NCBI GenBank assembly: GCA_002269645.1
Contig: NIVC01000031.1
Coordinates: forward strand, 1,240,001-1,304,000
Origin: Macrostomum lignano
Taxonomy: Eukaryota
DNA length: 64,000 bases
Direction: 5' to 3'
A model generated the notes under the pieces. It searched no databases. It worked only from the letters and a program-made list of their open reading frames with translations, and had not been told where the DNA came from. Position 1 is the first letter of the stretch, and each line of letters opens with the position of its first letter. The position numbers and the translations under genes are program-made. Below, in pieces: positions 1-12,000 of this stretch.

Positions 1-280
1 TCCCTCAGTCTCCCTCTCTCCCTCAGTCTCCCTCTCCATTGTATCCCTTTCCACTTGTCTTTCTCTCCCCCTGTCTCTCTCTCTCCCCTGTTTCTCTCTC
101 CCCTGTCTCTCTCTCCCCTGTTTCTCTCTCGCCTGTCTCTCTCTCCCCTTGTCTCTCTCTCCCCTGTTTCTCTCTCGCCTGTCTCTCTCTCCCCTGTCTC
201 TCTCTCCCCTTGTCTCCCTCTCCCCTTGTCTCCCTCTCTCCCTTCGTCTCTCTCCCTTCGTCTCTCCCCCTGTCTCTCTG
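1..280. repeat. CT-rich low-complexity tandem repeat (about 15-bp TCTCTCTCCCCTG-type units)
   Basis: Pyrimidine-only reiteration; the ORFs at 39..311 and 55..336 are its by-products. Confidence 0.9.
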
Positions 281-666
281 TCGTTCCCATCGTCATTGTC
301 GAACCGTTTGATATTGTAACTACAAAATCGAACTAAATTTTTGCTCAAAACATTTTAATTTTTACATATTTACAATTTTACTAACATGTAATTTTTTCTC
401 TTTTTGCGTTTTAAGCACAAATGTGTTAAAGTGGTAATAACAAGTTTTTCAGGTGATACAGAAGCTAATATATTTTGGGGCAATAAAATTAACATTTTTG
501 AGCAAAGCTGCTCGTGGTTTTCAGAAGGTGAAATTTTCTGTTTTAATATCAAATAGTGGTCTAGTAATAAAACAAATATAAAAAATATACTAGAGTAACT
601 TAACACTTTCAGTCAATACAGTATTTGTGCAGGTACGAGTACATACTTGGGTTAATAACATCAATC

Positions 667-1280
667 TAGTGACTCATGCTCAAGAACATCTCTCTATGGT
701 GACTCATGCTCGGGAACATCTCGATCTCTCTATGGTGACTCATGCTCGGGAACATCTCTCTATGGTGACTCATGCTCGGGAACATCTCTCTATGGTGACT
801 CATGCTCGGGAACACCTCTCTCTTTGGTGACTCATGCTCGGGAACATCTCTCTATGGTGACTCATGCTCGGGAACATCTCTCTATGGTGACTCATGCTCG
901 GGAACACCTCTCTCTTTGGTGACTCATGCTCGGGAACATCTCTCTATGGTGACTCATGCTCGGGAACATCTCTCTATGGTGACTCATGCTCGGGAACATC
1001 TCTCTATGGTGACTCATGCTCGGGAACATCTCTCTATGGTGACTCATGCTCGGGAACATCTCTCTATGGTGACTCATGCTCGGGAACATCTCTCTATGGT
1101 GACTCATGCTCGGGAACACCTCTCTCTTTGGTGACTCATGCTCGGGAACATCTCTCTATGGTGACTCATGCTCGGGAACATCTCTCTATGGTGACTCATG
1201 CTCGGGAACATCTCTCTGATGGTGACTCATGCTCGGGAACATCTCTCTGATGGTGACTCATGCTCGGAAACATGTCTCTG
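667..1280. repeat. 30-bp minisatellite (GGTGACTCATGCTCGGGAACATCTCTCTAT), about 20 copies
   Basis: Directly visible; an occasional 31-bp variant ends in CACCTCTCTCTTT. Each unit contains TGACTCA. Confidence 0.97.
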
Positions 1281-1383
1281 ATGGTTCACGGCTACAAATT
1301 AGTGCTGTAAAATTATATCATAATAATTTAGTTTCATTGTAAAATCTTTAGGAAAAGCATGGTTTCAAACTTTCGAAGTGTTG

Positions 1384-3542
1384 TCAGCCATCGCTCAGAA
1401 ACTCGTGCTGGAGCAGTTCCTCGGTATCCGCCCGGCCCCTGGGATCCCTCAGCACGCAACGCAGGTAGAAATCCCACAGACTGCCTGAGACACTTCTTGG
1501 TAGATCTGGCATAGCGCAGTTGATGATCCTGTCTGGGATCAGGGTGAAATCCAGCTCACCATTGGGAGGATCCATGGTTAGCATTTCGAAAATGGTGCAG
1601 CCAAACGCCCACACGTCACTCTTGGGCGAGTACACGATTGTGGTCTCGTTGCTGAACAGCTCGGGGCCATGAAACAGACGGTGCCACAGAAAGTGTAGCT
1701 GCCAACGATGCTAGTGAGAATCTCCTTGGCCAGACCGAAATCGATTAGCTTGATGACGCCTTTGTGGTTGAGCATGATATTGCTGCACTTGATGTCCCGG
1801 TGCAGCGTGGCTGGATCGCGATTGTGCAGGTAGTTGAGGGCTGTGCAAATCTGTAAAATCGAGTAATAGTTTTGATAACATGAATGAAGGCAAGCATTAT
1901 AATACAACTTGTTTAAATCAAAACTTAATGCTCACTTGTCTTGAAAAGTCCTTGACAGCAGATTCATCAAACGGCTTTTGCTGCTTCTGCATCAAATCAT
2001 AGAGACTCTGGCCAGCGATGAGCTCAGTGAAGATGCTCAGCATGTGTTTTTTGTAGCGCTCCGCCTTGATGAACTTCAAAATGTTATGATGCTGCATGCC
2101 TCTCAGGATGGAGACTTCGAAAAGTTCCCGCTCGATGGCCGCGTTGACAGACTCGGTGCCGCCGTTGGCCTGCAAGTAGACAATCTTGACTGCCACAGTC
2201 TGGTGTTTGTCAGTTAAGGCTTTGTACACCTTGCCGAATGCGCCTTCGCCGATCTTCTGCTTCTTGCCCTGGCCGTCGAGTAGAAAATCCCACTTGGTGA
2301 AGTTCGGGTCTATCTTCAACCTGGAAAGTAAAATAGTTTACGTTTGAAATGCTACGAAGGACAAATGGGGGACAGGCAGTCTGGGCCTTACTTTTTAGCC
2401 GGTCCTTGTCCGTCTTTGTTAGGCGACTCCTGTTGCTGTTTCTGCAACTGCAGGTCGTCCATCTTCTCCGGCAGCGACTGTTGCTGCCTCCGGTACTCTT
2501 GGATCCACTGGAGCATTCGGTGCCTGTGTTCAGCGTTGTTCTCGGCGTAGTCAGCCACCGTCTTGCCCTCGTTATCGACGAGTTCAAAAACGGAGTCGCC
2601 CAAAGATTTTACAACGAGGCGCAACGAGTCGAGGTCTTTGTATTGGGCAGCGAGGTGAGCAGGTGTCGTACCATATGAGTCTTTAACTGACAAGCATTTC
2701 GGACCGCAAATTGAAATAAGAACTTCGAGACTGCTGTTGTAGAGCTCGTTCATGGCGGCGAAGTGGACGGCGGTGCGCCCGTGCTGGCCTTCCTGGTGGA
2801 AGCATTCGAAGCCGAGCTGCGACGCGCAAATCTTAATCGATTCTTCGCCCTGCCTCCAAGCTGCGAGATGGATGGGCGTGTTCTCGTGCTCGTCCTTAAC
2901 GGTAAGACAGTCGCTTCCGCAGTCACTAACCAGCCATTTCCAAGTGGCGTTATTCACTCCGTTTGTAGCTGCCCAGTGAATGGCAGTCCGCTGGAACTGG
3001 CCCGGCTGATGGAAGCAGTCGGAGCCCAAAACTGACTTGAAGAACTGCATCGAGTCTTCACCCTGACACAAGGCGGCCAGGTGGACGGGAGTGTTGCCGT
3101 GCTCATCTCGAACGGAGAGGCAGGCAGTGCCGAGCTTTTTCACCAGCCATTTGAGCGAGGAGTTGCTCAGTTTGTTCTCGGCAGCCCAGTGGATGGCAGT
3201 GCGCTGGAATTGACCCGGCTGATGGAAGCAATCGGAACCGAGGGCTCGATGGATGACTTTCATCCAGTCCTGCTCTTGGTACAGGGCGGCCAAGTGTACA
3301 TGGGTGTTGTAGCTCTTGTTTATGCAGGTGAGACAGCCCGGTCCCAGCTTTTTAATGAGCGCCTCAACGCAGCGAATACCATTGAGCAAAGCGGCAACAT
3401 GGTGCGCGACGGATTGCTCATGCCCGTTGATGATGATGACGACGTTTGACTCCAGCTTGCGACATAGTGGAAGGAGCTTGTCAGCATCCGCGTTGCTGAG
3501 GGCAGCGCGAACGGCGTCGAGTAAGTCAGTTTGATTTGCCAT
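1384..3542 (-). CDS. Ankyrin-repeat + Ser/Thr protein kinase (STE11/MAP3K-like), 3 exons (3542-2392, 2320-1936, 1850-1384), with a 1-nt frameshift in the APE motif
   Basis: Exon 1 has about 9 ANK repeats (TPVHLAA, TAIHWAA). The kinase motifs [25 protein letters not shown], and SDVWAFGC are present. GT-AG introns of 71 and 85 bp are phase-consistent. Adding one C in the C4 run (plus-strand 1663-1666) restores [21 protein letters not shown]. Confidence 0.9.
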
Positions 3543-4020
3543 GCTCAGAGCCTCTCTAAGAAAGATACGAGCGAAGATACGAGCGTAAAGAGATCAGGCA
3601 GTGACAGAGAAAATAATGGACCAATTTGAGCGCTTTTATACACTCGAGACCGGTGCAAAATGGGTGGGTGGGTTCTGTGCGGGAGCTCATGCGCAAGCAT
3701 TAAAATTCCGTAGCAGTCTACTTAAAAGTAGTATGTTTGGCAACGCGGGTATTTCAAGCAAAATAAGCAACACTTGAACAATATTAATTTCTTTTGGATA
3801 CACTTATTTTATTATATCGATGTACGAAAACTCATTGGTCGTAAAGCTTCAAAAATGTTGTCGAGAAACGTTGATAACAAGCAAATCCAAAGCAGTAAAA
3901 TCCAAAAAGTTTACTTATACTTTCTGCAAGAAAAGTAGTTGACTATCAATGATCAGAGTTTGTTTTGCTCGGCGTTCTCTCTTCTAAAAGTTGCCGACAA
4001 CAGTGCTTCGAATTGAATCC

Positions 4021-4758
4021 CTAGCAGAACGAAGCAGCCAGCAATCGCAGTACAACGCGGCCCTGCGAGTCGGCCGAGTTGCCGCCCGTCACGGTGGCGC
4101 AGCCGCTGCCGCTGCAGAACGAGCCGCCGCCGCCTCCGGAATGAGACATACCCAATCCGGCTCCGCCTCCGCTGAAGCCTCTGGAATGAGACATACCCAA
4201 TCCGGCTCCGCCTCCGCTGAAGCCTCCGGAATGAGACATACCCAATCCGGCTCCGCCTCCGCTGAAGCCTCCGGAATGAGACATACCCAATCCGGCTCCG
4301 CCTCCGCTGAAGCCTCCGGAATGAGACATACCCAATCCGGCTCCGCCTCCGCTGAAGCCTCCGGAATGAGACATACCCAATCCGGCTCCGCCTCCGCTGA
4401 AGCCTCCGGAATGAGACATACCCAATCCGGCTCCGCCTCCGCTGAAGCCTCCGGAATGAGACATACCCAATCCGGCTCCGCCTCCGCTGAAGCCTCCGGA
4501 ATGAGACATACCCAATCCGGCTCCGCCTCCGCTGAAGCCTCCGGAATGAGATATACCCAATCCGGCTCCGCTTCCGCTGAAGCCTCCGGAATGAGATATA
4601 CCCAATCCGGCTCCGCTTCCGCTGAAGCCTCCGGAATGAGATATACCCAATCCGGCTCCGCCTCCGCTGAAGCCTCCGGAATGAGACATACCCAATCCGG
4701 CTCCGCCTCCGCTGAAGCCTCCGCCAGCTCCGCCGGCTCCTCTTCGGTTCGCATCTGT

Positions 4759-4795
<37 letters not shown>

Positions 4796-7453
4796 AAGCC
4801 GCCGTCGCCGGTGCCTTCGTCTCCAGCTCTGCCGCCGACCCAGCCGTCGGCCAGATCGCCGCCTCGCTCGCCGTCGCCAGAGCTTCGCCTCGGGTTGACG
4901 GCCCGGCCCAGCCAGCCGGCACAGCAGCCGCCGTGGAACGCATTTCTCACAGTACGGTTCGGATTGTTGAGCCCCGGCTGCCCGTTGGCGCGCCACCGAA
5001 GCCTTTGTTTGAGTCGAAACCACCGATGGAGTCTGTCCCAGCCGTGCCCATCTGACCGGGTTGTCCACCTTGTCAATAAAAGCACGACTTTGTCAGTTTA
5101 AAGCACAACTTTTCTTTAAAAAAGAGAATTGAGTTACCAAATTTTCGATTAGATGAGCAGCCGCCACCGCCACCGCCAGCCGCAATCAGCAGCCGCTGAT
5201 CCGCAGTCCGGTACACGTAGCTGCCTCCACCGCCGCCGGCTCCGGTTCCTGACGAACTAGCAGGAGTTCCCGCTTGTCCGACCACGATGGAGAGCCGGGT
5301 GCCGGCTGTCAGGTTGAAGCTGCCAGCTGTGACGGCGCCGAAACCTCCCAGAGTCGGTTTGAACGGGTTGTCGCCGCCTTTGGCTCCGGCCACCTCGATG
5401 CGGTAGCAGCCGGTGACGTTGATCAGAGCGATCTGGATGGAGCCGTTCCTGCCGGAGCTGCTGTCTGCGGAGTTCAGTTCCGTGATAATCCCCAATCAGT
5501 GATAATCCCCAATTAGTGATAATCCCCAATCAGTGATAATCCCCAATCAGTGATAATCCCCAATCAGTGATAATCCCCAATCAGTGATAATCCCCAATCA
5601 GTGATAATCCCCAATCAGTGATAATCCCCAATCAGTGATAATCCCCAATCAGTGATAATCCCCAATCAGTGATAATCCCCAATCAGTGATAATCCCCAAT
5701 CAGTGATAATCCCCAATCAGTGATAATCCCCAATCAGTGATAATCCCCAATCAGTGATAATCCCCAATCAGTGATAATCCCCAATCAGTGATAATCCCCA
5801 ATCAGTGATAATCCCCAATCAGTGATAATCCCCAATCAGTGATAATCCCCAATCAGTGATAATCCCCAATCAGTGATAATCCCCAATCAGTGATAATCCC
5901 CAATCAGTGATAATCCCCAATCAGTGATAATCCCCAATCAGTGATAATCCCCAATCAGTTCAGTGATAATTACTGGTGAACACTCGAATCGAGTAGTTAA
6001 ACGTGAGGCTTTCAAAGCTCTCAGCCAGCCAGACGCGGTCTCCGAGCTCCGCTTGAATCAGTCGATCAGCGTGAACTCCGGGCGGTCCCGTCAAATTCAA
6101 CGCGTCGAAAACCTTGACAATTCGACAGAGTTTCTCGGCTTTGCTCATGGCCGCGAGAACGCCCAGGTTCTCTTGGCACAGAGCCAGACAATCAACTACC
6201 GAAGCGACTCCGGTAACGTTTATGACGTCACTTTTGAAAACAGACATGGCCGTTAGCACAACCTGCAATTTTTTGATGTGACAGATGAGAGTGGATCATG
6301 TGAGAGGTGAGAATGGATCATGTGATACATGAGAATGGACATTTGACAGATGAGAATGGACATTTGACAGATAAGAGTGGATCATGTGACAGATCAGAAT
6401 GGATCATGTGACAGATGAGAGTGGATCATGTGACAGATGAGAATGGATCATGTGACAGATCGAGAATGAATCATGTGACATATGAGAGTGAATCATGTGA
6501 CAGATAGAGAATGAATCATGTGACAGATAAGAATGGATCATGTGACAGATAGAGAATGGATTATGTGACAGATGAGAATGGATCATGTGACAGATGAGAA
6601 TGGATCATGTGACAGATGAGAATGGATCATGTGACAGATGAGAATGGATCATGTGACAGATCAGAATGGATCATGTGACAGATGAGAGTGGATCATGTGA
6701 CAGATCAGAATGGATCATGTGACAGATAGAGAATGAATCATGTGACATATGAGAGTGAATCATGTGACAGATAGAGAATGAATCATGTGACATATGAGAG
6801 TGAATCATGTGACAGATAGAGAATGAATCATGTGACATATGAGAATGGATCATGTGACAGATGAGAATGGATCATGTGACAGATAGAGAATGAATCATGT
6901 GACATATGAGAGTGAATCATGTGACAGATAGAGAATGAATCATGTGACATATGAGAGTGAATCATGTGACAGATAGAGAATGAATCATGTGACATATGAG
7001 AATGGATCATGTGACAGATGAGAATGGATCATGTGACAGATGAGAATGGATCATGTGACAGATGAGAATGGATCATGTGACAGATGAGAATGGATAATGT
7101 GACAGATCAGAATGGATCATGTGACAAATGAGAATGGATCATGTGACAGATAGAGAATGGATTATGTGACAGATGAGAATGGATCATGTGACAGATCAGA
7201 ATGGATCATGTGAAAAATGAGAATGGATCATGTGACAGATCTAGGTGGATCATGTGACAGATCTAGGTGGATCATGTGACAAATCTTAGTGGATCATGTG
7301 ACAGATCTTAGTGGATCATGTGACAAATCTTAGTGGATCATGTGATAGATCTGGTTGAATCATAAGCATTAAATATTCGACTCAAACCTGATGTCACTTA
7401 CCAAAGACATTAATTATTATAGTAAAACAGAGAATCAGAGCAGTAAAATTCAT
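4021..7453 (-). CDS. Putatively secreted PAN/apple-like + ALK/LTK-type glycine-rich domain protein, paralog 1; frameshifted (pseudogene or assembly error). Exons 7453-7402(?), 6262-5974, 5464-5138, 5068-4021
   Basis: Contains [15 protein letters not shown]...[17 protein letters not shown]...[10 protein letters not shown]...LIAAGGGGG and GGGGGSFC, typical of the ALK/LTK glycine-rich region. A candidate signal-peptide exon reads MNFTALILCFTIIINVF|gtaagt, but its phase does not match the 6262 acceptor without a further indel. A GC duplication near 4990 shifts the frame relative to paralog 2. Confidence 0.75.
4125..4725 (-). repeat. Exonic 45-bp tandem repeat, about 13 copies, encoding [12 protein letters not shown](M/I)SH
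   Basis: The 45-bp period is visible directly (same phase every 180 nt) and is in frame with the glycine-rich ORF 4021..5085. Confidence 0.95.
5481..5965. repeat. 17-bp minisatellite (CAGTGATAATCCCCAAT), about 28 near-identical copies, filling intron 5465-5973
   Basis: Directly visible; bounded by a GTAATT donor and a CCGCAG acceptor on the minus strand. Confidence 0.97.
6274..7355. repeat. 22/23-bp minisatellite (GGATCATGTGACAGATGAGAAT), intronic
   Basis: Directly visible; higher-order variants occur in the centre and diverged units at the right edge. Confidence 0.96.
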
Positions 7454-9074
7454 TATTGCTTTGTTTTTTGAGCGATATTCTTCTTGCGATCGTGGTGCAA
7501 ACCAGCTTGGAAACAAAGCTCAAGTTAAAACCTTTATACACGCGTAGAAAAGTCGCTCAGAAAAAAAATCCACAGTAACTCCAGCTTATTGATCAAAGTC
7601 AAGCGGCTTTCTGTAGTCGCGCTTGCTTGCTACATAACTCAGAGCCCATTTGAAGCTATTTACAGAAGCATTTACCCCGATGCCACATTAAAAGAAATTT
7701 AAAATGGAGTCATGCAAACATCCAGAATAAAACGTGAATTGCGTTTAGCAAACTGCATTAAAACGTATAAGTCAGTCCAAATGGGAAAGTTATTCACATT
7801 GCCAGAAAAATTCAGCTCTTTCCATCGTAGGCGACTCAGTCGTCTTTTCATTCGCCTCGGCTGCCTCTGGATTGATTTCAATCGATAATGACATTGCTGG
7901 ATGACATCAGTGTAGAATTATTGTAAAAAATGGTTAGATGTTATACATTTTTCCACTTCAATTTTGTTTTTTCCTCATTCAAATTGGTGCGCGTGACCGT
8001 CAGCCGACAGTACAGCGTACGTCTGTCTGTTTTACGTAGAAAGCCATAGACAGCAGAAATCAATTTTGTTTTAACTGCGAGCTATTGTGATACATAGCAG
8101 GAAGACGTAGCTAATTAGAAAAGAGCATACTTAACTGGTTTGGAGTTTAATGCTTGGCAAATAAGCCAAATTGATAGCAAAATGACAAAACTGCCCCTGT
8201 GATTTCAGTTCTTCGTCCATGGTGAATCTGGACTCTACTGGACTCTTTGCAATGCACCCAAATTTTTCTTTTGAAATCAAGGAAGAAATCACAACACTGA
8301 AATAACGAAAAAAAGTCTCATTTCTTTGGTTAGCTAATAGACAGTAGAAAATAGGCCATATAATTCGTGTTTCAAATCGCAAGCAATCACATAGTTTTAC
8401 TGAGTCCTGGTAGTTTTTGGCGCGCTTCTGTGTGCTCAAGAGTCAACGGAATGAGCAAAATTTCCTCAGCGCTGGTTGCGGGGTGATTTCGCCGAAGGCG
8501 TTGCATCAGGGTGACCCCACAGCCCACCTGCAAATATTATTATCGCTACCATTGAACCAAATAGAAGATCGCTTTTAAAAACAAGCTTCCAATGCAGCTA
8601 CTTTATTTATATATGCTTGCTTTCAGTAGACAATTGACACAAAGAGCGATCAAGTTTCATAATCTGTTGTAATCATCTGTAATTCTGTAAGTCATGTTGA
8701 TCATTGCGATAATTCATACCGAAGCAGGTGTAGCTAAAGCTCTAACTCTAAGTAAAAATTGTCAAGCGTGGTCTTATAATAAAGCTGTAGAGAAAATCTA
8801 AAGTACAAAACAGACACTATAGTGTAAATAAGCATTGAGTAAATGTTTCTTGTGTAGAAAAAGAACAATTGGTAACTAAGTAGCTTTCACTTTTGTGAAA
8901 ATCAAAACTAACGCTTAAAGTGTAGAAACAATTGGTTTTGATTAATACGCTCGTAAAAGTTTCAATACAAAAACACTACGTTCTAAAATAAGCACAATGC
9001 GCAGGACAATACGAGCCAATTAAAAAGGGACCTTGATTAATCAGGGAGTTTTTTAAGATGCTGAAATGCACCTT

Positions 9075-12000
9075 TTATTGTTTTTGGCTATGTTCATTTG
9101 AGACACTTAAGGCTATATAAGCTCCTGTTTCCAGGTCTGTAGCATAATTTTGACTTCTTTCGTCACTTTCTTTGGCTTGATTTTCACAGCAAACATAGCA
9201 GAGACTCGACCTGCACAGAGAAGGAATTCTTGTCAGAGTGCTGCCCAGCAACAGGAAAAATAACCCGATTCCAGCAACGATGAGTAGTCTCCGCCACCAT
9301 ACCATATCTTTGACAACGGTCAGCTCCGTCAATATGGCGCCTAAAACAATCGCGGCCAAAGCAAACGACGACGGCAAAATGATGTTAGCGACGCGCTGTA
9401 GGCGTTCGTCGCTTGAGACCGATTTCCAACGCCTTGAGCAACGCAGATAAATCAGCTGCCCAATCAGCACTAAGATGACAAATATGCCAAAGCCAACCTC
9501 CGGCCAGTACGATGCAAACGGAAACGAGGATGCGAAATAGCTCGCGCTTCTAAATAAGGTCCAGATCGCACCGCCAAAGATTCTCATTTTGCTTCCAGGC
9601 AAGCAGCACTCCACTTGCTTGCTGCTCTTCTCTCCGTACTTCAATTGATTGACGAAGTGCTCGCAGTTATCGCAGAGTAAATTGTATTTTTTGTCTTCAT
9701 CTAAAGCTTCGAAATTGTTTTTTATAGTCATTGACTCTGGGTGCTCGTCGTCAACGACCTTGACTACCTGGTTCGGTCCAGTGACTCTAACGATGGATTT
9801 CACTTCTTGAACTTCTGTCTGCAGACAGCCCGCGTCTTTGGTAACGGCGTAAGTGACGGCTTCCATCTTGTCTCGGGAATTTTCGCTCCAGTTTTTAAAT
9901 ACGTAGTGGCGCACTTGAGTCTTTTCACTGAAGCCGCATCGCGTCTCTTTTGTCTCGACAATCAGGTGGCTGAACGGCTTCAGAGGCTGGCTTCCCCCGT
10001 CTCTCAACTTTTCAAGAGTTGCACTCTCGATTCTGGCAAAAGTGTCAGAGTGCTCGTACAAAACTTTAAGTTTGGCCAGCTCGTTAACGTTCTTCTGCAG
10101 CTGCTTCAACCTGCGGCCAAACAAATATTCTAGATCAGCGCCCGTCATGAACCAGAAGCAGAAGTCGGAGTCTCTCACTTTGCTGCCAGCCTTCGTGCGG
10201 TCTCTGACGTCAAGAAACGTTCGACCTTCGACCTGCCTGAGCCTCGTCTCGCCCAGCTCTCCAGTCAGCTTCTTGAAACCGGAGTACTTGACCAACTTGA
10301 TCGTTGCATTGCTGAGATCAACTGTCTTTTCACACACTTTTGGATGCAAGGTTCCCTTCTCGTACATGGCGCCCTCGGCCAGTCCGTCTTGAAGGATCTT
10401 CAGCTCGTGCAGATACGCGTGATGGCTGTAGAGGCGAATGTTTGTCAGCGGTACGAGACGGGTAAACTCGATGTGACACCCGGTGAACAAATTCTCTACG
10501 ACTTCATTTTCAGTCCTGGATCCCTTGTCAACCATCAGCTGTCTCAAATCATCGATTGGCACTCGGCACTGCTCCCGGTTGCTGGGATGCTCGATGCAGC
10601 ACCACCTGACAAAGTGCCTGGAGTTGTTCCATTGGATATGGTGGCCTTGTTCGTATTTACGCGAGAGTGCTCGAGCTACAGCTGAAGGTTGCGGCTCTCC
10701 AGACTCGTACTCGATCCGGCGAATCTTGTCAATCTTGAGTCGCTTCTTCACAGGTATGAGCTTAAGCCTGGAAGGTAAACGATGATGTCGAAAGTATATC
10801 AACTCAACTTCGATGTAGCCATTCTGCACCTTGACTTTGTCCGGCCCGAGAACCAGAGCGTGCTGCCGAACCAAGCCGTTTGAGAATGCGATGGCGGTGC
10901 CCGGCTTAATGGATTCTGGACGTGTAACTTTGAATAGTTTCGATTTCGGAATTCGGTGCTTTCCTCGATTTTTAGTTTTGCTTTGACTGAAAAATAAAAA
11001 AGAAAATTGAATACAATTGGAAAAAGTCACCGAAATACATCATATACAGTGTAATTCTCATCACTGATCGACATTGGCCGTTTGAACAATCTAATGCACT
11101 TTAAACTATGTATTTTTTCTGTCTTTATTAATGAAAGCAGATAGTAATCTTCTGTCAGACACAGCATTTGTAAAATAAGATTTCTGCCAATTTGGTGCGA
11201 ACGAGCCTTAATTAGAACAAATAGTAAGCCTGCAGAAATTTCCAAGAACTCATAAAGCTATCTCTTCTGAGAACTTTTCACTCCATTTGAACCATCCATC
11301 AGTCCATCAATCCATCTGAACCATCCATAGTCCATCAATCCATCTGAACCATCCATCAGTCCATCAATCTATCTGAACCATCCATAGTCCATCAATCCAT
11401 CCGAACCATCCATCAGTCCATCAATCCATCTGAACCATCCATAGTCCATCAATCCATCCGAACCATCCATCAGTCCATCAATCCATCTGAACCATCCATC
11501 AGTCCATCAATCCATCTGAACCATCCATAGTCCATCAATCCATCCGAACCATCCATCAGTCCATCAATCCATCTGAACCATCCATAGTCCATCAATCCAT
11601 CCGAACCATCCATCAGTCCATCAATCCATCTGAACCATCCATCAGTCCATCAATCCATCTGAACCATCCATAGTCCATCAATCCATCCGAACCATCCATC
11701 AGTCCATCAATCCATCTGAACCATCCATAGTCCATCAATCCATCCGAACCATCCATCAGTCCATCAATCCATCCGAACCATCCATCAGTCCATCAATCCA
11801 TCTGAACCATCCATAGTCCATCAATCCATCTGAACCATCCATAGTCCATCAATCCATCCGAACCATCCATCAGTCCATCAATCCATCTGAACCATCCATA
11901 GTCCATCAATCCATCCGAACCATCCATCAGTCCATCAATCCATCTGAACCATCCATCAGTCCATCAATCCATCTGAACCATCCATAGTCCATCAATCCAT

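Noticed and set aside
3953-5068. Arg-rich, Ala/Ser-rich and Glu/Ala-rich ORFs over the 45-bp repeat
   Set aside because: These are alternative frames and the opposite strand of the glycine-rich exon; only the Gly frame matches paralog 2.
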